From NCBI GenBank assembly GCA_026713705.1, contig JAPONY010000051.1, positions 1 to 62,014 of the forward strand: 62,014 nt of DNA, written 5' to 3'. Below, piece by piece: positions 13,494 through 24,035 of the stretch; within the stretch, counting starts at the first letter, position 1, and the number at the start of each line of letters is the position of its first letter. Source of the stretch: Gammaproteobacteria bacterium (lineage in GTDB: Bacteria > Pseudomonadota > Gammaproteobacteria > Poriferisulfidales > Poriferisulfidaceae). A model generated the notes under the pieces. It was not told the origin of the DNA. It did not search any database and saw only the letters and a program-made list of their open reading frames with translations. The translations under genes and the position numbers were made by a program.

Positions 13494-15182
13494 TCACCTT
13501 CCGTTAGTATCAAAAGCGAATCGTTCGGTCTTCTTTATTCCGTATAACTCAAAGACTGCTTGGTTGCGGCTATCGATATCCCCGCGTTCAATTGCAGTTG
13601 CGAGTTTTTTCCTCAGGTTTTTTGGCACGTCCTTCCAGAATGGGATACGAATGCGTCTCAAGTATTGCGCCTGGAAGCGAAGGTATCCGCCACGCATTTT
13701 CGTCGAGTAGGCACCTACGAATAATTTAGCAATACCGGAAAGCAAAACAGCCTGCAATATCCGGAGGTTCCATTCGTCTGATGTGATGTAGTAAAGGTTG
13801 TGGTGGGGATAGTACCGCCCATCTTCATAAACGACATGAGCCTCCCCTTTGATGTCTGGAATAAGAAGTTTCGGTTTGCTGGCCAAGGTCGGGTCGATGC
13901 GGTCGATCGTCCGGTACCAATTATTGGGATTCTTTTGTGAGATATGACGTTTTCTCAATGCGTCCCCGAAGCCGTTCAGGTAGGCACTCAGCTTGGGATA
14001 GCGACCTAGGGAAACCAAATTGCCTTCGTCGTCGAAAGGGTTGATGACACCGTCTCCACGCCAGCGTACTTCTCCCGAGCGAATGTCGCGGGTGGTCACG
14101 AGAGGCAATTTTCGGTCTACTTCCACGTCAAGTTCATCGAATGGCGCAACATAGAGCTTGTCTGCGCCTGTAGCGACTCCGATGCCGACTTTACAGCCTG
14201 CCTCCTCTAGTGTTGGAAATTCGTGTTCAAGACGGCGCACGACCTCCAAACGATCCAGTGAATCCAGAATCCAAGGATCGGCCCCAGTTGCGACCGCTGA
14301 GATCTCCTCGATATCTCCGCGTTTTGGGGCTTTTTTCGCCAACATTTCTCTGGCTAAAGCCGCCAGATTGCCCGCTTCGATCTCGGGCCTACGGGTCACA
14401 CGGGTCGAACCTGCTGGAGCCCTGGAGATCACGGTTATTGCCGGATAAGCGGTCACTTCGGAATGGAATGCCGGGGTGTCCACCATGTCTACATAAAACT
14501 TCAAATGGTGGCTCTCGCCCACCCACTTGCGTAACGGGGCTCCGTAGCGGTTTTTCATCCAGCGATCGGAACAAATGAACCCCAATGTCCCGCCCTCACG
14601 CAAGAGAGATAGAGATTTTTCTATAAAGGGGATGTAAATGTCTGCACGGTCATGGATGGTTCGGAATCGATGCCGATACTCTGTCATCAATTCGGCGGGA
14701 ATTGCTTCATGCCGAATATATGGGGGATTTCCAACTACATAATGAAAACAATCGGGAAGGGTTTCCAGCAGAAAATCGCCTTGAATCAGCCAGCTTTCTA
14801 ATAAATCAGACCGAGTTTCCAGAGAGAAGCCCCCTTGGGCAAGAAGGTCATCCAGTCGGTTTCGGGTTTGTTGAAAAGAATCGTTGTGCAACTCGACCGC
14901 ACGAATCGCGTCCGTCAATTGCGGCAGAGTGCCCTCTCGATTACGCCAAGCCTGCAGAAGGCGTTCTACAGCCGCAAGAAGAAAATCCCCATTGCCGAAA
15001 GAAGGCTCAAGGAGACACTGCTTGTAGAGTGTCTTGTGGGCAGCATATCCGGTTAGATCAAGTATAAAGTCGACTACTTCGCGTCGCGTAAATACGGCCC
15101 CCCTCTCCTCCGTATTGCTCATGGCCATCCTTGCCACGGCTGCTTCGGTGGGTGACAAACCAGACAAAGACGCTTGACGCAC
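13494..15182 (-). CDS. Cognate N6-adenine DNA methyltransferase (M.PaeR7I/M.XhoI-like, gamma order)
   Basis: Motif [12 protein letters not shown] precedes motif IV VVGNPPY; abuts the endonuclease gene. Confidence 0.92.
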   Translation of the reverse strand: MRQASLSGLSPTEAAVARMAMSNTEERGAVFTRREVVDFILDLTGYAAHKTLYKQCLLEPSFGNGDFLLAAVERLLQAWRNREGTLPQLTDAIRAVELHNDSFQQTRNRLDDLLAQGGFSLETRSDLLESWLIQGDFLLETLPDCFHYVVGNPPYIRHEAIPAELMTEYRHRFRTIHDRADIYIPFIEKSLSLLREGGTLGFICSDRWMKNRYGAPLRKWVGESHHLKFYVDMVDTPAFHSEVTAYPAITVISRAPAGSTRVTRRPEIEAGNLAALAREMLAKKAPKRGDIEEISAVATGADPWILDSLDRLEVVRRLEHEFPTLEEAGCKVGIGVATGADKLYVAPFDELDVEVDRKLPLVTTRDIRSGEVRWRGDGVINPFDDEGNLVSLGRYPKLSAYLNGFGDALRKRHISQKNPNNWYRTIDRIDPTLASKPKLLIPDIKGEAHVVYEDGRYYPHHNLYYITSDEWNLRILQAVLLSGIAKLFVGAYSTKMRGGYLRFQAQYLRRIRIPFWKDVPKNLRKKLATAIERGDIDSRNQAVFELYGIKKTERFAFDTNGR

Positions 15183-15687
15183 AGAAAGGATCCCCTATCG
15201 GCCAATGATCCCAGCTCTAAGCACATGCATGCCTCCAATCGGCATGTGCGCTTCTGGCACATCATAGTACCCTATTTAAACGCGAGTAACTTGCAGCTCC
15301 TCCTCTCTTCGCTGAAATATTTGTTTTCTCAAGATTTATCTGGCGCATCGCGGTTTTGTATGGAATCTCATCATGCTCTGGTCTGTCGCGAGCACGCTCA
15401 CGGCGAATTCGCTCCGCCTTTCATTCTCTTCGGCCAGGCCGGCGAAAGATTCTTGGCCATAGTCGGAAACGCTTGTAGGCCAGCCCTCCTCACCCGCCAA
15501 CCCCACCTTGGAAAACCAGGTGTTACAGGAACCTGCGCGAGACCTGCGGCAGACGCCATGGCGAGAGACCTTTCGGGACTTTCCGCACACTTCCGCGAAG
15601 AGCTATTTATCTGCTTACGGACTCTAAGCCCTAGCAATCCGATATACTGTCCGCACTCCAAATTTCATGCGTAATCCTGCCTGACCC

Positions 15688-16011
15688 ATGACTTTCGTCG
15701 TTCTTGAAGACTGCATCAAATGCAAATACACCGACTGCGTGGAAGTCTGCCCCGTTGAGTGTTTCCATGAGGGTCCGAATTTCCTGGTGATCGATCCGGA
15801 AGAGTGTATCGACTGCGCCTTGTGCGTGCCGGAATGCCCAATCGATGCCATCGTGCCTGAAAAAGATGTTCCTGAGGATCAACAGGAATTCATCCAGATC
15901 AACGCCGACCTGTCTGGGGAATGGCCGGAAATCAGCCGCCAGAAGCCTCCTCCGCCCGATGCGGACGAGTGGCGCGGCAAACCCGGGAAGAAAACACTGC
16001 TTGATCTCTAA
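15688..16011 (+). CDS. fdxA: FdxA-type 7Fe/8Fe ferredoxin
   Basis: [14 protein letters not shown] and [12 protein letters not shown] motifs. Confidence 0.96.
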   Translation: MTFVVLEDCIKCKYTDCVEVCPVECFHEGPNFLVIDPEECIDCALCVPECPIDAIVPEKDVPEDQQEFIQINADLSGEWPEISRQKPPPPDADEWRGKPGKKTLLDL

Positions 16012-18818
16012 TGAGACGGACTGTCTGCCCCCTGCATGTCCCGCTGGGCGATTATTGCGCCGAAGTCATCCTGGAGCGCCATGCGGAAACCCTTCCGGAT
16101 CTAACCAATCTCGCGATCCTGACGCCGAACGCCACCTCGGGTCGGGCTTTGCGCTCGGAACTAATGCATCGCGCCGAGCAGCGAGGACACCAAGGACTGC
16201 TACTTCCACCCATTCTCCCCTTTCCGTTGTGGGCGCACCAAAACAGCCCATACAGCGGTTCGGAAAACCACCTGTCCGAGCTATTGGACCTAGTAGAGGT
16301 CCTGCATCAAAATAAAGTCCTCCGGGCCCTGAGCCAGGCAGACTCTTGGTCCGTGGCCCGCGAAATGATGAGCCTGTTCGATCAACTATGGCTCAACGAA
16401 ACCTCGTTGCCGTCAGACCGGGAAGAGTTAACGTCTCAGCTACAGGAGGCCTACCGTATTGAAGGTAAACCGCCCGATCAGTTGGGCGATGAAGCTCGCA
16501 TCATCCATCTTCTCTGGACCGCTTGGAGCGAAGACTCAGGAGATCTCCTCAGTTCCGGGAAATGCTACCGCGAAGCCTTGCGGCGTCTCCGCCTTCCCCC
16601 GGAAACGGAAGCCATCTACGTTTGCGGGCATGACCGGCTCACGCGCGCCGAAATTGAAGCATTGACACGGATGGGCGAGGAGGTTCCGGTTTCCATTCTC
16701 ACCCGTCCGCAGGCCCTTATTCCGCTGGATACGGACCCACTTCCTGCAAGCAGCCCATGCCCCCCCTACGCTGCCGTCTTAGAGGAAGCCTTTGCGTGTG
16801 AACAAGCCACCGTAGTGGAACGCGCACGTGCCTGCCGCGCGGATCACCCCGAAGATCCCTTGAAAGGCCGGCTCTTCACTTTCATTGCCGAACAGGCGGA
16901 GCCTCACGCCCGCGGAATCGACATCCAGATCCGGCGCTGGCTGAACGAGGGGCACCGAAACATTGGATTGGTCACGGAGGACCGTAAGCTGGCGCGCCGG
17001 GTACGCGCCTTGCTGGAGCGTGCCGGCATTCAGATTCAGGACTATGCCGGTTGGGCCCTGTCCACCACCAGCGCCGCCAGCACAATCGAACGATGGCTCG
17101 AATGCTTGGATCAGGATTTTCACTATTTGGCGCTGCTGGACATCCTTAAATCGCCATTCGTGCGTTTGACGGCATCTCCCGACCACTTGAACCAAGTTGG
17201 GGATTTTGAGCAATCGCTGCATCGAAACAATATTCACGGTGGCTTGCAGAACTATCGGAAAATTGCGGAAGAAGAACCTGAATGGCTGGATTTTCTGGAT
17301 CAGGTCGAGGAAGCCTCTCGCCCCCTTCTGGCACTTCAAGACCAGCCAACCGGCAGAGAATACATGGAAGCGTTGCTGAAAAGCTTGGATTCGCTAGGTT
17401 GTCGGCCTGGCCTGGCCGATGATGAGGTCGGAGAAAAAGTGCTATCGGAACTGGACCGGATGTATTTCCAGTTGGAACAAAACGAAACGCGACTGCCCAA
17501 ATCCCAGTGGCGCGCCTTGCTGCGCCGGGCATTGGAACAGCATAACTATCGGCGAAAATCATCCCAGAGCGCGGTCTCTTTGATCAATCTGGGCCAAGCC
17601 CACCTGACTCGCTTCGATTGCCTGATCGTCGCCGGGATGGACTCCCGCCACTATCCGGGTACGGATTCCTCCTTTCTCGTCTTCAACGACTCGGTGCGCA
17701 GCGATTTGGGGTTGCCAACCTGCGCCGAACTGAGAAAATTAGGTCTTCAGAGATTCCTGTCCCTGATTTTGTCCTCCGGACAGGTTCTCCTGACCTACCA
17801 GAAGACTGATCAGGACGAACCGCTCTTGCCCAGCAGCTGGTGGACTCAGGTCGCCGTATTTCACCGCTTGGTTTACGGAACTTCACTCAAAGAACTCTCT
17901 CTGCCTGTACTCAGTCTGCACCCGGACGCCTGGGTGCGCCCTCCTGGCCTCCAAACCCGTGAACCTGCCCTTGATGTCATGCCCAATCCCTCTGTCCGCC
18001 GGGAATTGCTGCCGAATCGGATCTCAGCCAGCGGACACCAAGCTCTGGTCGATTGCCCGTATCGTTTCTATGTCCGGTACATGCTACGCATTCGGGAAGC
18101 CGACATCATCCGCGAGGAAATGGACAATCTGGAGTTTGGAGGCTACGTCCATCGGTGCCTGGAGGCCTTTCACACGGGGATTTCCGGTGCTCCGGGGCCT
18201 TGGCCAGGTCGAATCGCCGAAAACGAGGCTTCCGCGCTTAGCTTGTTGCGGGAAATTGGTGAGCATCTTATGGAGCAACTTGCCCCGAGTCCTTCGAACA
18301 TCGTATTCCTCGAGCGATGGAAGACCATTGCCCGACGTTATGTTCAGCGTCAGAAATCCATGGAAAATCATCAAGCCCCTATTGAAAGCGAGCAAGTGAT
18401 GGAATGCAAAATCGATGAAAACCTGGTGCTGGACGGACGCATTGACCGGGTGGATCAAGACGAAAATGGCGATTGGGTCGTAATCGACTATAAAACCGGC
18501 ACTCACAAAATTTCCAAGGATGAGGTGCAAAACGGAGAACAGGTCCAATTGCCCAGCTATGCGTTGATGGCGGAATCCATCCAGCGGGCGGAATACTGGT
18601 GGCTGAGCCAAGCCTCCCAGAAAGATATCCCGCTGACTTCTCTGAGTGGAAAGGATCTTTCAGACCTCAGCCGGAAAGTGCACGCCCGGCTACATGACGT
18701 ATTCCAGAATCTGTATGCGCGGGGCGGAATGCCAGCCAACGGGAATGAGGAAGCCTGTAAGCACTGCTACGCCCAGGGAGTGTGCCGCAAGGATCTGAGC
18801 GAAATTGAGAGAGTCTAG
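16011..18818 (+). CDS. addB: AddB-like double-strand-break repair protein (inactive helicase plus PD-(D/E)XK nuclease with Fe-S Cys)
   Basis: DRKLARRVRALL, GWALSTT, DCPYRF, GRIDRVD...IDYKTG, QLPSY and CKHCYAQGVC motifs; TAATG overlap with fdxA. Confidence 0.85.
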   Translation: MRRTVCPLHVPLGDYCAEVILERHAETLPDLTNLAILTPNATSGRALRSELMHRAEQRGHQGLLLPPILPFPLWAHQNSPYSGSENHLSELLDLVEVLHQNKVLRALSQADSWSVAREMMSLFDQLWLNETSLPSDREELTSQLQEAYRIEGKPPDQLGDEARIIHLLWTAWSEDSGDLLSSGKCYREALRRLRLPPETEAIYVCGHDRLTRAEIEALTRMGEEVPVSILTRPQALIPLDTDPLPASSPCPPYAAVLEEAFACEQATVVERARACRADHPEDPLKGRLFTFIAEQAEPHARGIDIQIRRWLNEGHRNIGLVTEDRKLARRVRALLERAGIQIQDYAGWALSTTSAASTIERWLECLDQDFHYLALLDILKSPFVRLTASPDHLNQVGDFEQSLHRNNIHGGLQNYRKIAEEEPEWLDFLDQVEEASRPLLALQDQPTGREYMEALLKSLDSLGCRPGLADDEVGEKVLSELDRMYFQLEQNETRLPKSQWRALLRRALEQHNYRRKSSQSAVSLINLGQAHLTRFDCLIVAGMDSRHYPGTDSSFLVFNDSVRSDLGLPTCAELRKLGLQRFLSLILSSGQVLLTYQKTDQDEPLLPSSWWTQVAVFHRLVYGTSLKELSLPVLSLHPDAWVRPPGLQTREPALDVMPNPSVRRELLPNRISASGHQALVDCPYRFYVRYMLRIREADIIREEMDNLEFGGYVHRCLEAFHTGISGAPGPWPGRIAENEASALSLLREIGEHLMEQLAPSPSNIVFLERWKTIARRYVQRQKSMENHQAPIESEQVMECKIDENLVLDGRIDRVDQDENGDWVVIDYKTGTHKISKDEVQNGEQVQLPSYALMAESIQRAEYWWLSQASQKDIPLTSLSGKDLSDLSRKVHARLHDVFQNLYARGGMPANGNEEACKHCYAQGVCRKDLSEIERV

Positions 18819-18934
18819 ATCAGAAAGTAATACATGCAATATCAAATATATAAATTTAGTACCTTATAAACATATAGAAAACAGATTTTTTGAAGAGGAG
18901 CCGCGTCAGAAGTGACTACTTTGGCCTTTTTCGA

Positions 18935-19711
18935 CTACGTGGTCGAGACGCCCAAATCCTCAAGCAAGTCGCACAATAGCATAAGGTCTTCGAACGCCTG
19001 GGCTTTGCCTTGGGGGCGGCGCAACAGGTAGGCCGGGTGATAAGTCGGAATCACAGGAATCCCAGATCCTGACATTTCATGGACAGCCCCGCGCAACCGA
19101 CCGATCGGCGTCTCCACGTCCAAAAGATTATGGGCTGCTACAGCCCCCAGCGCCAAAATTGCCTTGGGCTGGATCAATTCGATCTGGCGATTCAGATACG
19201 GTCGACATTTCTCCGCCTCATTCGGTGTCGGGTTTTCGTTGTTTGGCGGGCGGCACTTCAGAATATTTGCGATAAATACGCGTTCCCGGCTCATTCCAAT
19301 CGCTGCCAGCATGCTATCCAACAGTTTCCCAGCGCGGCCGACGAATGGTTCTCCTTGGGCATCCTCATCCGCCCCCGGCGCCTCGCCAATCAGCATAAGG
19401 TCTGCGTCTTCGGCCCCTACCCCGAAGACTGTGTTCTTTCGAGTCCGGTGCAATTCGCACAGGACACACTCCGAAACCTCCTTGCGTACGATCCGCCATT
19501 GACGCAAATACCGTCCTTCGGCGTTCAGCGTCAGCGTCGTGGTACTGATTTTCTCCTCTTCCACGTTTCCCGCGACTCCAGCTGTCGGAGCATTCGTTTC
19601 CCCTGCTTCGTTCCCTGATTCTTCCATCTCATTCGAATCCCGATGGCGCCATTGGCCCAAGCCCAGCTCCTTAAGATGCGCGTCGCTGGGTGTGGTTCTG
19701 CCGTTCGACAT
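18935..19711 (-). CDS. Family-4 uracil-DNA glycosylase
   Basis: [29 protein letters not shown] and YHPAYLLR motifs. Confidence 0.95.
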   Translation of the reverse strand: MSNGRTTPSDAHLKELGLGQWRHRDSNEMEESGNEAGETNAPTAGVAGNVEEEKISTTTLTLNAEGRYLRQWRIVRKEVSECVLCELHRTRKNTVFGVGAEDADLMLIGEAPGADEDAQGEPFVGRAGKLLDSMLAAIGMSRERVFIANILKCRPPNNENPTPNEAEKCRPYLNRQIELIQPKAILALGAVAAHNLLDVETPIGRLRGAVHEMSGSGIPVIPTYHPAYLLRRPQGKAQAFEDLMLLCDLLEDLGVSTT

Positions 19712-19722
19712 CGAATCCCACG

Positions 19723-21261
19723 TTATATATGGTCCAGTTGCGGATGCATTCGCCCTGATTCCCGAATCAACTTGCCTAGTGCGTTCAGGTACGCGTGTGC
19801 GGAAGCAATGACGATATCCGTATGGGCGCCTTGCCCGTTGACCACCATGCCGTTCTTCCGCAGGCGAACGGTAACTTCTCCCTGGGCATCTGTTCCGGTC
19901 GTGATGTTGTTGACCGAATACAGCTGCAATTCGGACTCCGAGTTGACGATGTTTTCAATAGCGCGGAATGAGGCGTCCACCGGTCCGCCCCCGGAGGCTT
20001 CTCCCTCGAACTGCTTGCTGCCCTGCGCCAAGGTGACCCGTGCCACAGGCGTCGTACCTATTTTCGAGGTTACCTCAAGATCGACCAATTGGTAGACCTC
20101 CTCGTCTGTCGCCTCTGTTTCCATCAGCGCCAGCCTCCTCAGGTCGTCATCATAGATCTCATGTTTTCGGTCTGCCAGCCCCTTGAAATGGGCGAAAAAA
20201 GCATCCATCTCGTCGTCCCCGATTCTGAGGCCAAGTTTCTGGATGCGATCCATGATAGCGCGTCGTCCGGAATGTTTGCCCAAAACGATCCGATTGTCGG
20301 ACCAGCCCACATCCTGAGCACGCATAATCTCATACGTCTCGCGATATTTGAGCACCCCATCCTGATGAATGCCGGATTCGTGCGCGAATGCATTGGCCCC
20401 CACGATCGCTTTGTTTGGCTGCACCGGGAATCCGGTCACGCTGGAAACCAAGCGCGACGTTGGAACGATCCGGGTGGTGTCGACCTCGCTATCGCAATCG
20501 AATACGTCCTGCCGCGTACGCACGGCCATGACGATTTCCTCGAGCGAGGCATTTCCGGCCCGCTCCCCCAAGCCGTTGATGGTGCATTCGACTTGGCGGG
20601 CACCATGGCGTACTGCGGACAGGGAATTGGCAACGGCCAAGCCCAAGTCGTTATGGCAGTGCACCGAAAACACAGCTTGATCCGAATTCGGGACCCGTTC
20701 GATTAACTCTCCGACCAACTCGCCGAATTGGAATGGAAGGCTGTATCCCACGGTATCCGGAATGTTGATGGTCCGCGCCCCGGCCGTGATCACCGCTTCG
20801 ATGACCCGGCAGAGGAAATCCCGGTCCGACCGCCCGGCATCCTCGGGAGAGAATTCCACATCATCAGTATATTGCCGGACCCGTTTTACCGCGGCTACGG
20901 CATGTTCTACCACCTGCTCCGGTTGCATGCGGAGCTTTTGTTCCATATGAATCGGGGAGGTTGCGATGAAGGTATGGATGCGCGGGCGCGCAGCCGCCCT
21001 CAGTGCCTCGGCCGCCCGATCGATGTCCTTGTCCAGGGCGCGCGCCAATCCGCAAACGGTGCTGTCAGTCACCTCTTGGCCGATTCGCCGCACGGATTCG
21101 AACTCGTCCGGACTTGCGATCGGAAACCCGGCTTCAATAACATCGACACGCATTCCTTCCAAGGCACGAGCGATGTTTAGTTTTTCGTCTCGCGTCATGG
21201 AAGCCCCGGGACTCTGCTCGCCATCCCGAAGCGTGGTGTCAAAAATGATCAACTTGTCCAT
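19723..21261 (-). CDS. leuA: 2-isopropylmalate synthase
   Basis: [28 protein letters not shown] and HESGIHQDG motifs; regulatory domain containing GGGPVDA. Confidence 0.97.
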   Translation of the reverse strand: MDKLIIFDTTLRDGEQSPGASMTRDEKLNIARALEGMRVDVIEAGFPIASPDEFESVRRIGQEVTDSTVCGLARALDKDIDRAAEALRAAARPRIHTFIATSPIHMEQKLRMQPEQVVEHAVAAVKRVRQYTDDVEFSPEDAGRSDRDFLCRVIEAVITAGARTINIPDTVGYSLPFQFGELVGELIERVPNSDQAVFSVHCHNDLGLAVANSLSAVRHGARQVECTINGLGERAGNASLEEIVMAVRTRQDVFDCDSEVDTTRIVPTSRLVSSVTGFPVQPNKAIVGANAFAHESGIHQDGVLKYRETYEIMRAQDVGWSDNRIVLGKHSGRRAIMDRIQKLGLRIGDDEMDAFFAHFKGLADRKHEIYDDDLRRLALMETEATDEEVYQLVDLEVTSKIGTTPVARVTLAQGSKQFEGEASGGGPVDASFRAIENIVNSESELQLYSVNNITTGTDAQGEVTVRLRKNGMVVNGQGAHTDIVIASAHAYLNALGKLIRESGRMHPQLDHI

Positions 21262-21557
21262 TTCTGGATTTTCCCTTGGCTTTGGCCCCTTGTTTCAAGG
21301 GCATGGGGTCAACTTGTTGGTGTCAGGCGTTTTATGCGCCAAATCAATTGTCAAAGTAGTAAATCATGCCGCTACCGCGGCAGGAGGAAAGCAGCCCGAA
21401 GCAGAGCAACACGGCGCGTCGCCGTGTCGGGAGAGGAGAAATCGCGCGAAATCTTCATCATGATGTTCAATTGGTACGGTTCCTAGAATAACCGAATTTC
21501 GACTTTTCCGCTAATGGAAATTGGGCACGAACCCGTTCGCGGCAAAAAGGATCTGTA

Positions 21558-22364
21558 TCAGGCGAACGAAGGCCGCCGCCGGTGATAATGCTTTACGTCG
21601 CGGAAACTTTCACCACCCTCGTCGGTTGAGGCTCCCAAATACAACTCCTGCACATCTGACCGCCCCATCAGTTCCTTGGAGGGACCGTGCAGCATGACTC
21701 GCCCGTTTTCAACCACATAGGCTTCGGTCGCATAGTTAAGCGCGATCCTGGCGTTCTGCTCGGCAACCAAGAAACTCACCCCTTCATTCTTGTTGAGGCT
21801 CTGTACGATTTCGAAGACCTCTTCAACCAGCTGCGGGGCAATACCCATGGACGGTTCGTCAAGCAGAATGAGCTTCGGGCGCGACATCAAGGCCCGACCG
21901 ATGGCGACCATCTGCTGCTCCCCGCCAGAGGTGTAGCCAGCCTCGCTTTTCCTGCGTACTTTGATGCGCGGAAAATATTCATAGACCAATTCAAGGTCCT
22001 TTTTCGCCTGAGCTCGGTCTTCATGGATGAATGCGCCGGTCATCAGGTTCTCTTCCACCGTCAGGTGTGCAAAGCAGTGTCGCCCTTCCAGCACCTGCGA
22101 GACACCGCCTTTCACCAGATCGTATGCGCTCATTCCCGCAGTGTCTTCGCCCATAAGTTCAATCGAACCCTTGCTGATCTGTCCGCGTTCAGCCGGCAAC
22201 AGGTTGGAACATGCCTTGAGGGTTGTCGTCTTGCCTGCTCCGTTGCCGCCCAGCAACGAAACGATGTCACCTTTCTTTACCTGCAGACTGATGCCGCGCA
22301 AAGCCAGAATCACCCGGGCATAGGTGACTTCGATATTGTTGATTGATAGCAAGACATCAGTCAT
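21558..22364 (-). CDS. LivF-type ABC ATPase
   Basis: GGNGAGKT, SGGEQQM and LLDEPS motifs. Confidence 0.93.
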   Translation of the reverse strand: MTDVLLSINNIEVTYARVILALRGISLQVKKGDIVSLLGGNGAGKTTTLKACSNLLPAERGQISKGSIELMGEDTAGMSAYDLVKGGVSQVLEGRHCFAHLTVEENLMTGAFIHEDRAQAKKDLELVYEYFPRIKVRRKSEAGYTSGGEQQMVAIGRALMSRPKLILLDEPSMGIAPQLVEEVFEIVQSLNKNEGVSFLVAEQNARIALNYATEAYVVENGRVMLHGPSKELMGRSDVQELYLGASTDEGGESFRDVKHYHRRRPSFA

Positions 22365-22446
22365 GATTCTAGTTCCAGTCGTATGGGGCTGAGTCTGAGG
22401 CGAAGCGAAGCACGCTTGGCGTCAGAGGCAACCTTTTGCCAAATCA

Positions 22447-22489
22447 CCCCCCGGAGGGGGAAGAGGTCAGGCGGGGGTTGCCCCCCGCC
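22447..22489 (-). promoter_or_regulatory. Tandem GC-rich hairpins 3' of the substrate-binding protein gene
   Basis: Minus-strand GGCGGGGG-GCAA-CCCCCGCC (GNRA loop) followed by CCCCC-TCCG-GGGGG (UNCG loop); no long U-tract. Confidence 0.7.
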
Positions 22490-22515
22490 GTCCCTCAAAT
22501 ACAAACCGCTCCGAA

Positions 22516-23862
22516 TTAGACTTCGAAGTCGTCGCGCTGTGCGGGGTCGTTGCAATCACGCGGGGTAATCCCCTCGTTTGCGATTGCGTTTTCCGCTTTG
22601 GCATCGATGATGGCTTGAGAAAGCTCAACGTCACCGTCAATCCAGTCACTTGCGACTTCCCACTTCGTCTCGGCATACACCCACCGCATGAATTTGGCCT
22701 GGTGGCCGCCTACATGGTCCATGCAGTTGGTTTTGATCTCCGGAACTAGACCGTTAGCGCCCAACTCGGTCAGGCGTGCAGTATCCAGGTTCAGGTTCTC
22801 AAAGCCCCAGCGTACCTGAGCGGAGTTGACGTCAGCCCCGAAACGAGCCTGAGCGACACGAACCGCTTCCAAGTGAATGACACCAGCCATCACGCCGAGG
22901 TTCCAGTAGTTGGAACCGATGCGGGATTTGTCTTCCAGGTCACCCTTGCCCTGCTCATACAGGTTTGCAACGATCTCGTCAATTACCTTAGCCACGCGGC
23001 CCGTCGGGTGCGTGGTGATGGCCTGATAACCGTTGGCGGAAGAGCCAGCCGGCTTCACGTCACCGTCGTCGTTGCTCCAAATGTTACCGATCAGGTTGGA
23101 AATCGGGAAGCCCATGCGGACACCAGTCTGCATAGCCACCGGATTCATTACACCCCAACCGCGCAGCACCACGTAGTCAGGCTTCGAGCGGCGGATTTTC
23201 AGCCACTGTGAAGTCTGCTCGTTGCCCGGGTGAGGAACTTCGATCGCTTCAGATGAGCAACCATGCTTCTCGCAAAGCATGTGCGTGAATTCAACTGCCT
23301 CACGGCCATAGGTTGAACCGTGGAACAGAAGGACAATCTTCTTGCCCGCCAGATTCTCCATGCCGCCTTCCAACTGGCCGATGTAGGCCGTGATGATGGA
23401 ATGCTCGTCATAGGTGTTAATACCTGGCATGAAGTAGTACGGGAAGACGTCTCCACGCTGACCTTCGGTACGACCGTGGTTGACCGCGATGATAGCGATC
23501 TTGTCCTTACGGCCCTGCGCGACTAGAGAGGTGGAAATACCCACGGACAGAGGATCGAAAAACAGAGCTTGTTTGCCCTGGAATTCTTTCTGCCGGTGAT
23601 AACACTCCACGCCCTTCTGGTCGTTGTAGTTGGTCTCACACTCATTCCAGATGATATTCATGCCACCAACACCGCCTTCCTTCATGTTCATCAATGTGTA
23701 GTAATCGATGATTCCACCGAAGTAGCCGGTGCCACCTGTCGCGTACGGTCCCACTCGATAGACCGGCATGGGAATGTAGACGTCCCCTTCGGCCATCACT
23801 GGAGCGGTTACGGACATGGCGGTAGCCATAGCGAGACCCGTTATCCAAATTTTGGTTTTCAT
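22516..23862 (-). CDS. ABC substrate-binding protein, LivK-like (PBP1) family
   Basis: Signal peptide; YRVGPYA, ECETNYN, HPGNEQTSQW and GWGVMN motifs. Confidence 0.9.
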   Translation of the reverse strand: MKTKIWITGLAMATAMSVTAPVMAEGDVYIPMPVYRVGPYATGGTGYFGGIIDYYTLMNMKEGGVGGMNIIWNECETNYNDQKGVECYHRQKEFQGKQALFFDPLSVGISTSLVAQGRKDKIAIIAVNHGRTEGQRGDVFPYYFMPGINTYDEHSIITAYIGQLEGGMENLAGKKIVLLFHGSTYGREAVEFTHMLCEKHGCSSEAIEVPHPGNEQTSQWLKIRRSKPDYVVLRGWGVMNPVAMQTGVRMGFPISNLIGNIWSNDDGDVKPAGSSANGYQAITTHPTGRVAKVIDEIVANLYEQGKGDLEDKSRIGSNYWNLGVMAGVIHLEAVRVAQARFGADVNSAQVRWGFENLNLDTARLTELGANGLVPEIKTNCMDHVGGHQAKFMRWVYAETKWEVASDWIDGDVELSQAIIDAKAENAIANEGITPRDCNDPAQRDDFEV

Positions 23863-24035
23863 AATTTCTTTTGCCCTCCTATAAGAGGCTTTTTAGTTAT
23901 AGCTTGCAGTTAACTGCTTTTCAGCAAGCCCGTTTTACACCCAAACTTCCCTTTTAGCAAGTATGCTGAGGAAAATTCGCGAGTAATCTTGAAAAATCAA
24001 GGAATTAGATTTCACTGCTCCGGGTCCGGCACAGG

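Noticed and set aside
12747-15182. Possible avoidance of CTCGAG as evidence of R-M activity
   Set aside because: Several CTCGAG sites are visible (e.g. near 18309, 34532, 56308); depletion cannot be judged without counting.
15174-15674. Overlapping 84-166 aa ORFs between the methyltransferase and fdxA (possible controller protein or att site)
   Set aside because: No HTH or other motif and no tmRNA 3' duplication found; cannot be supported.
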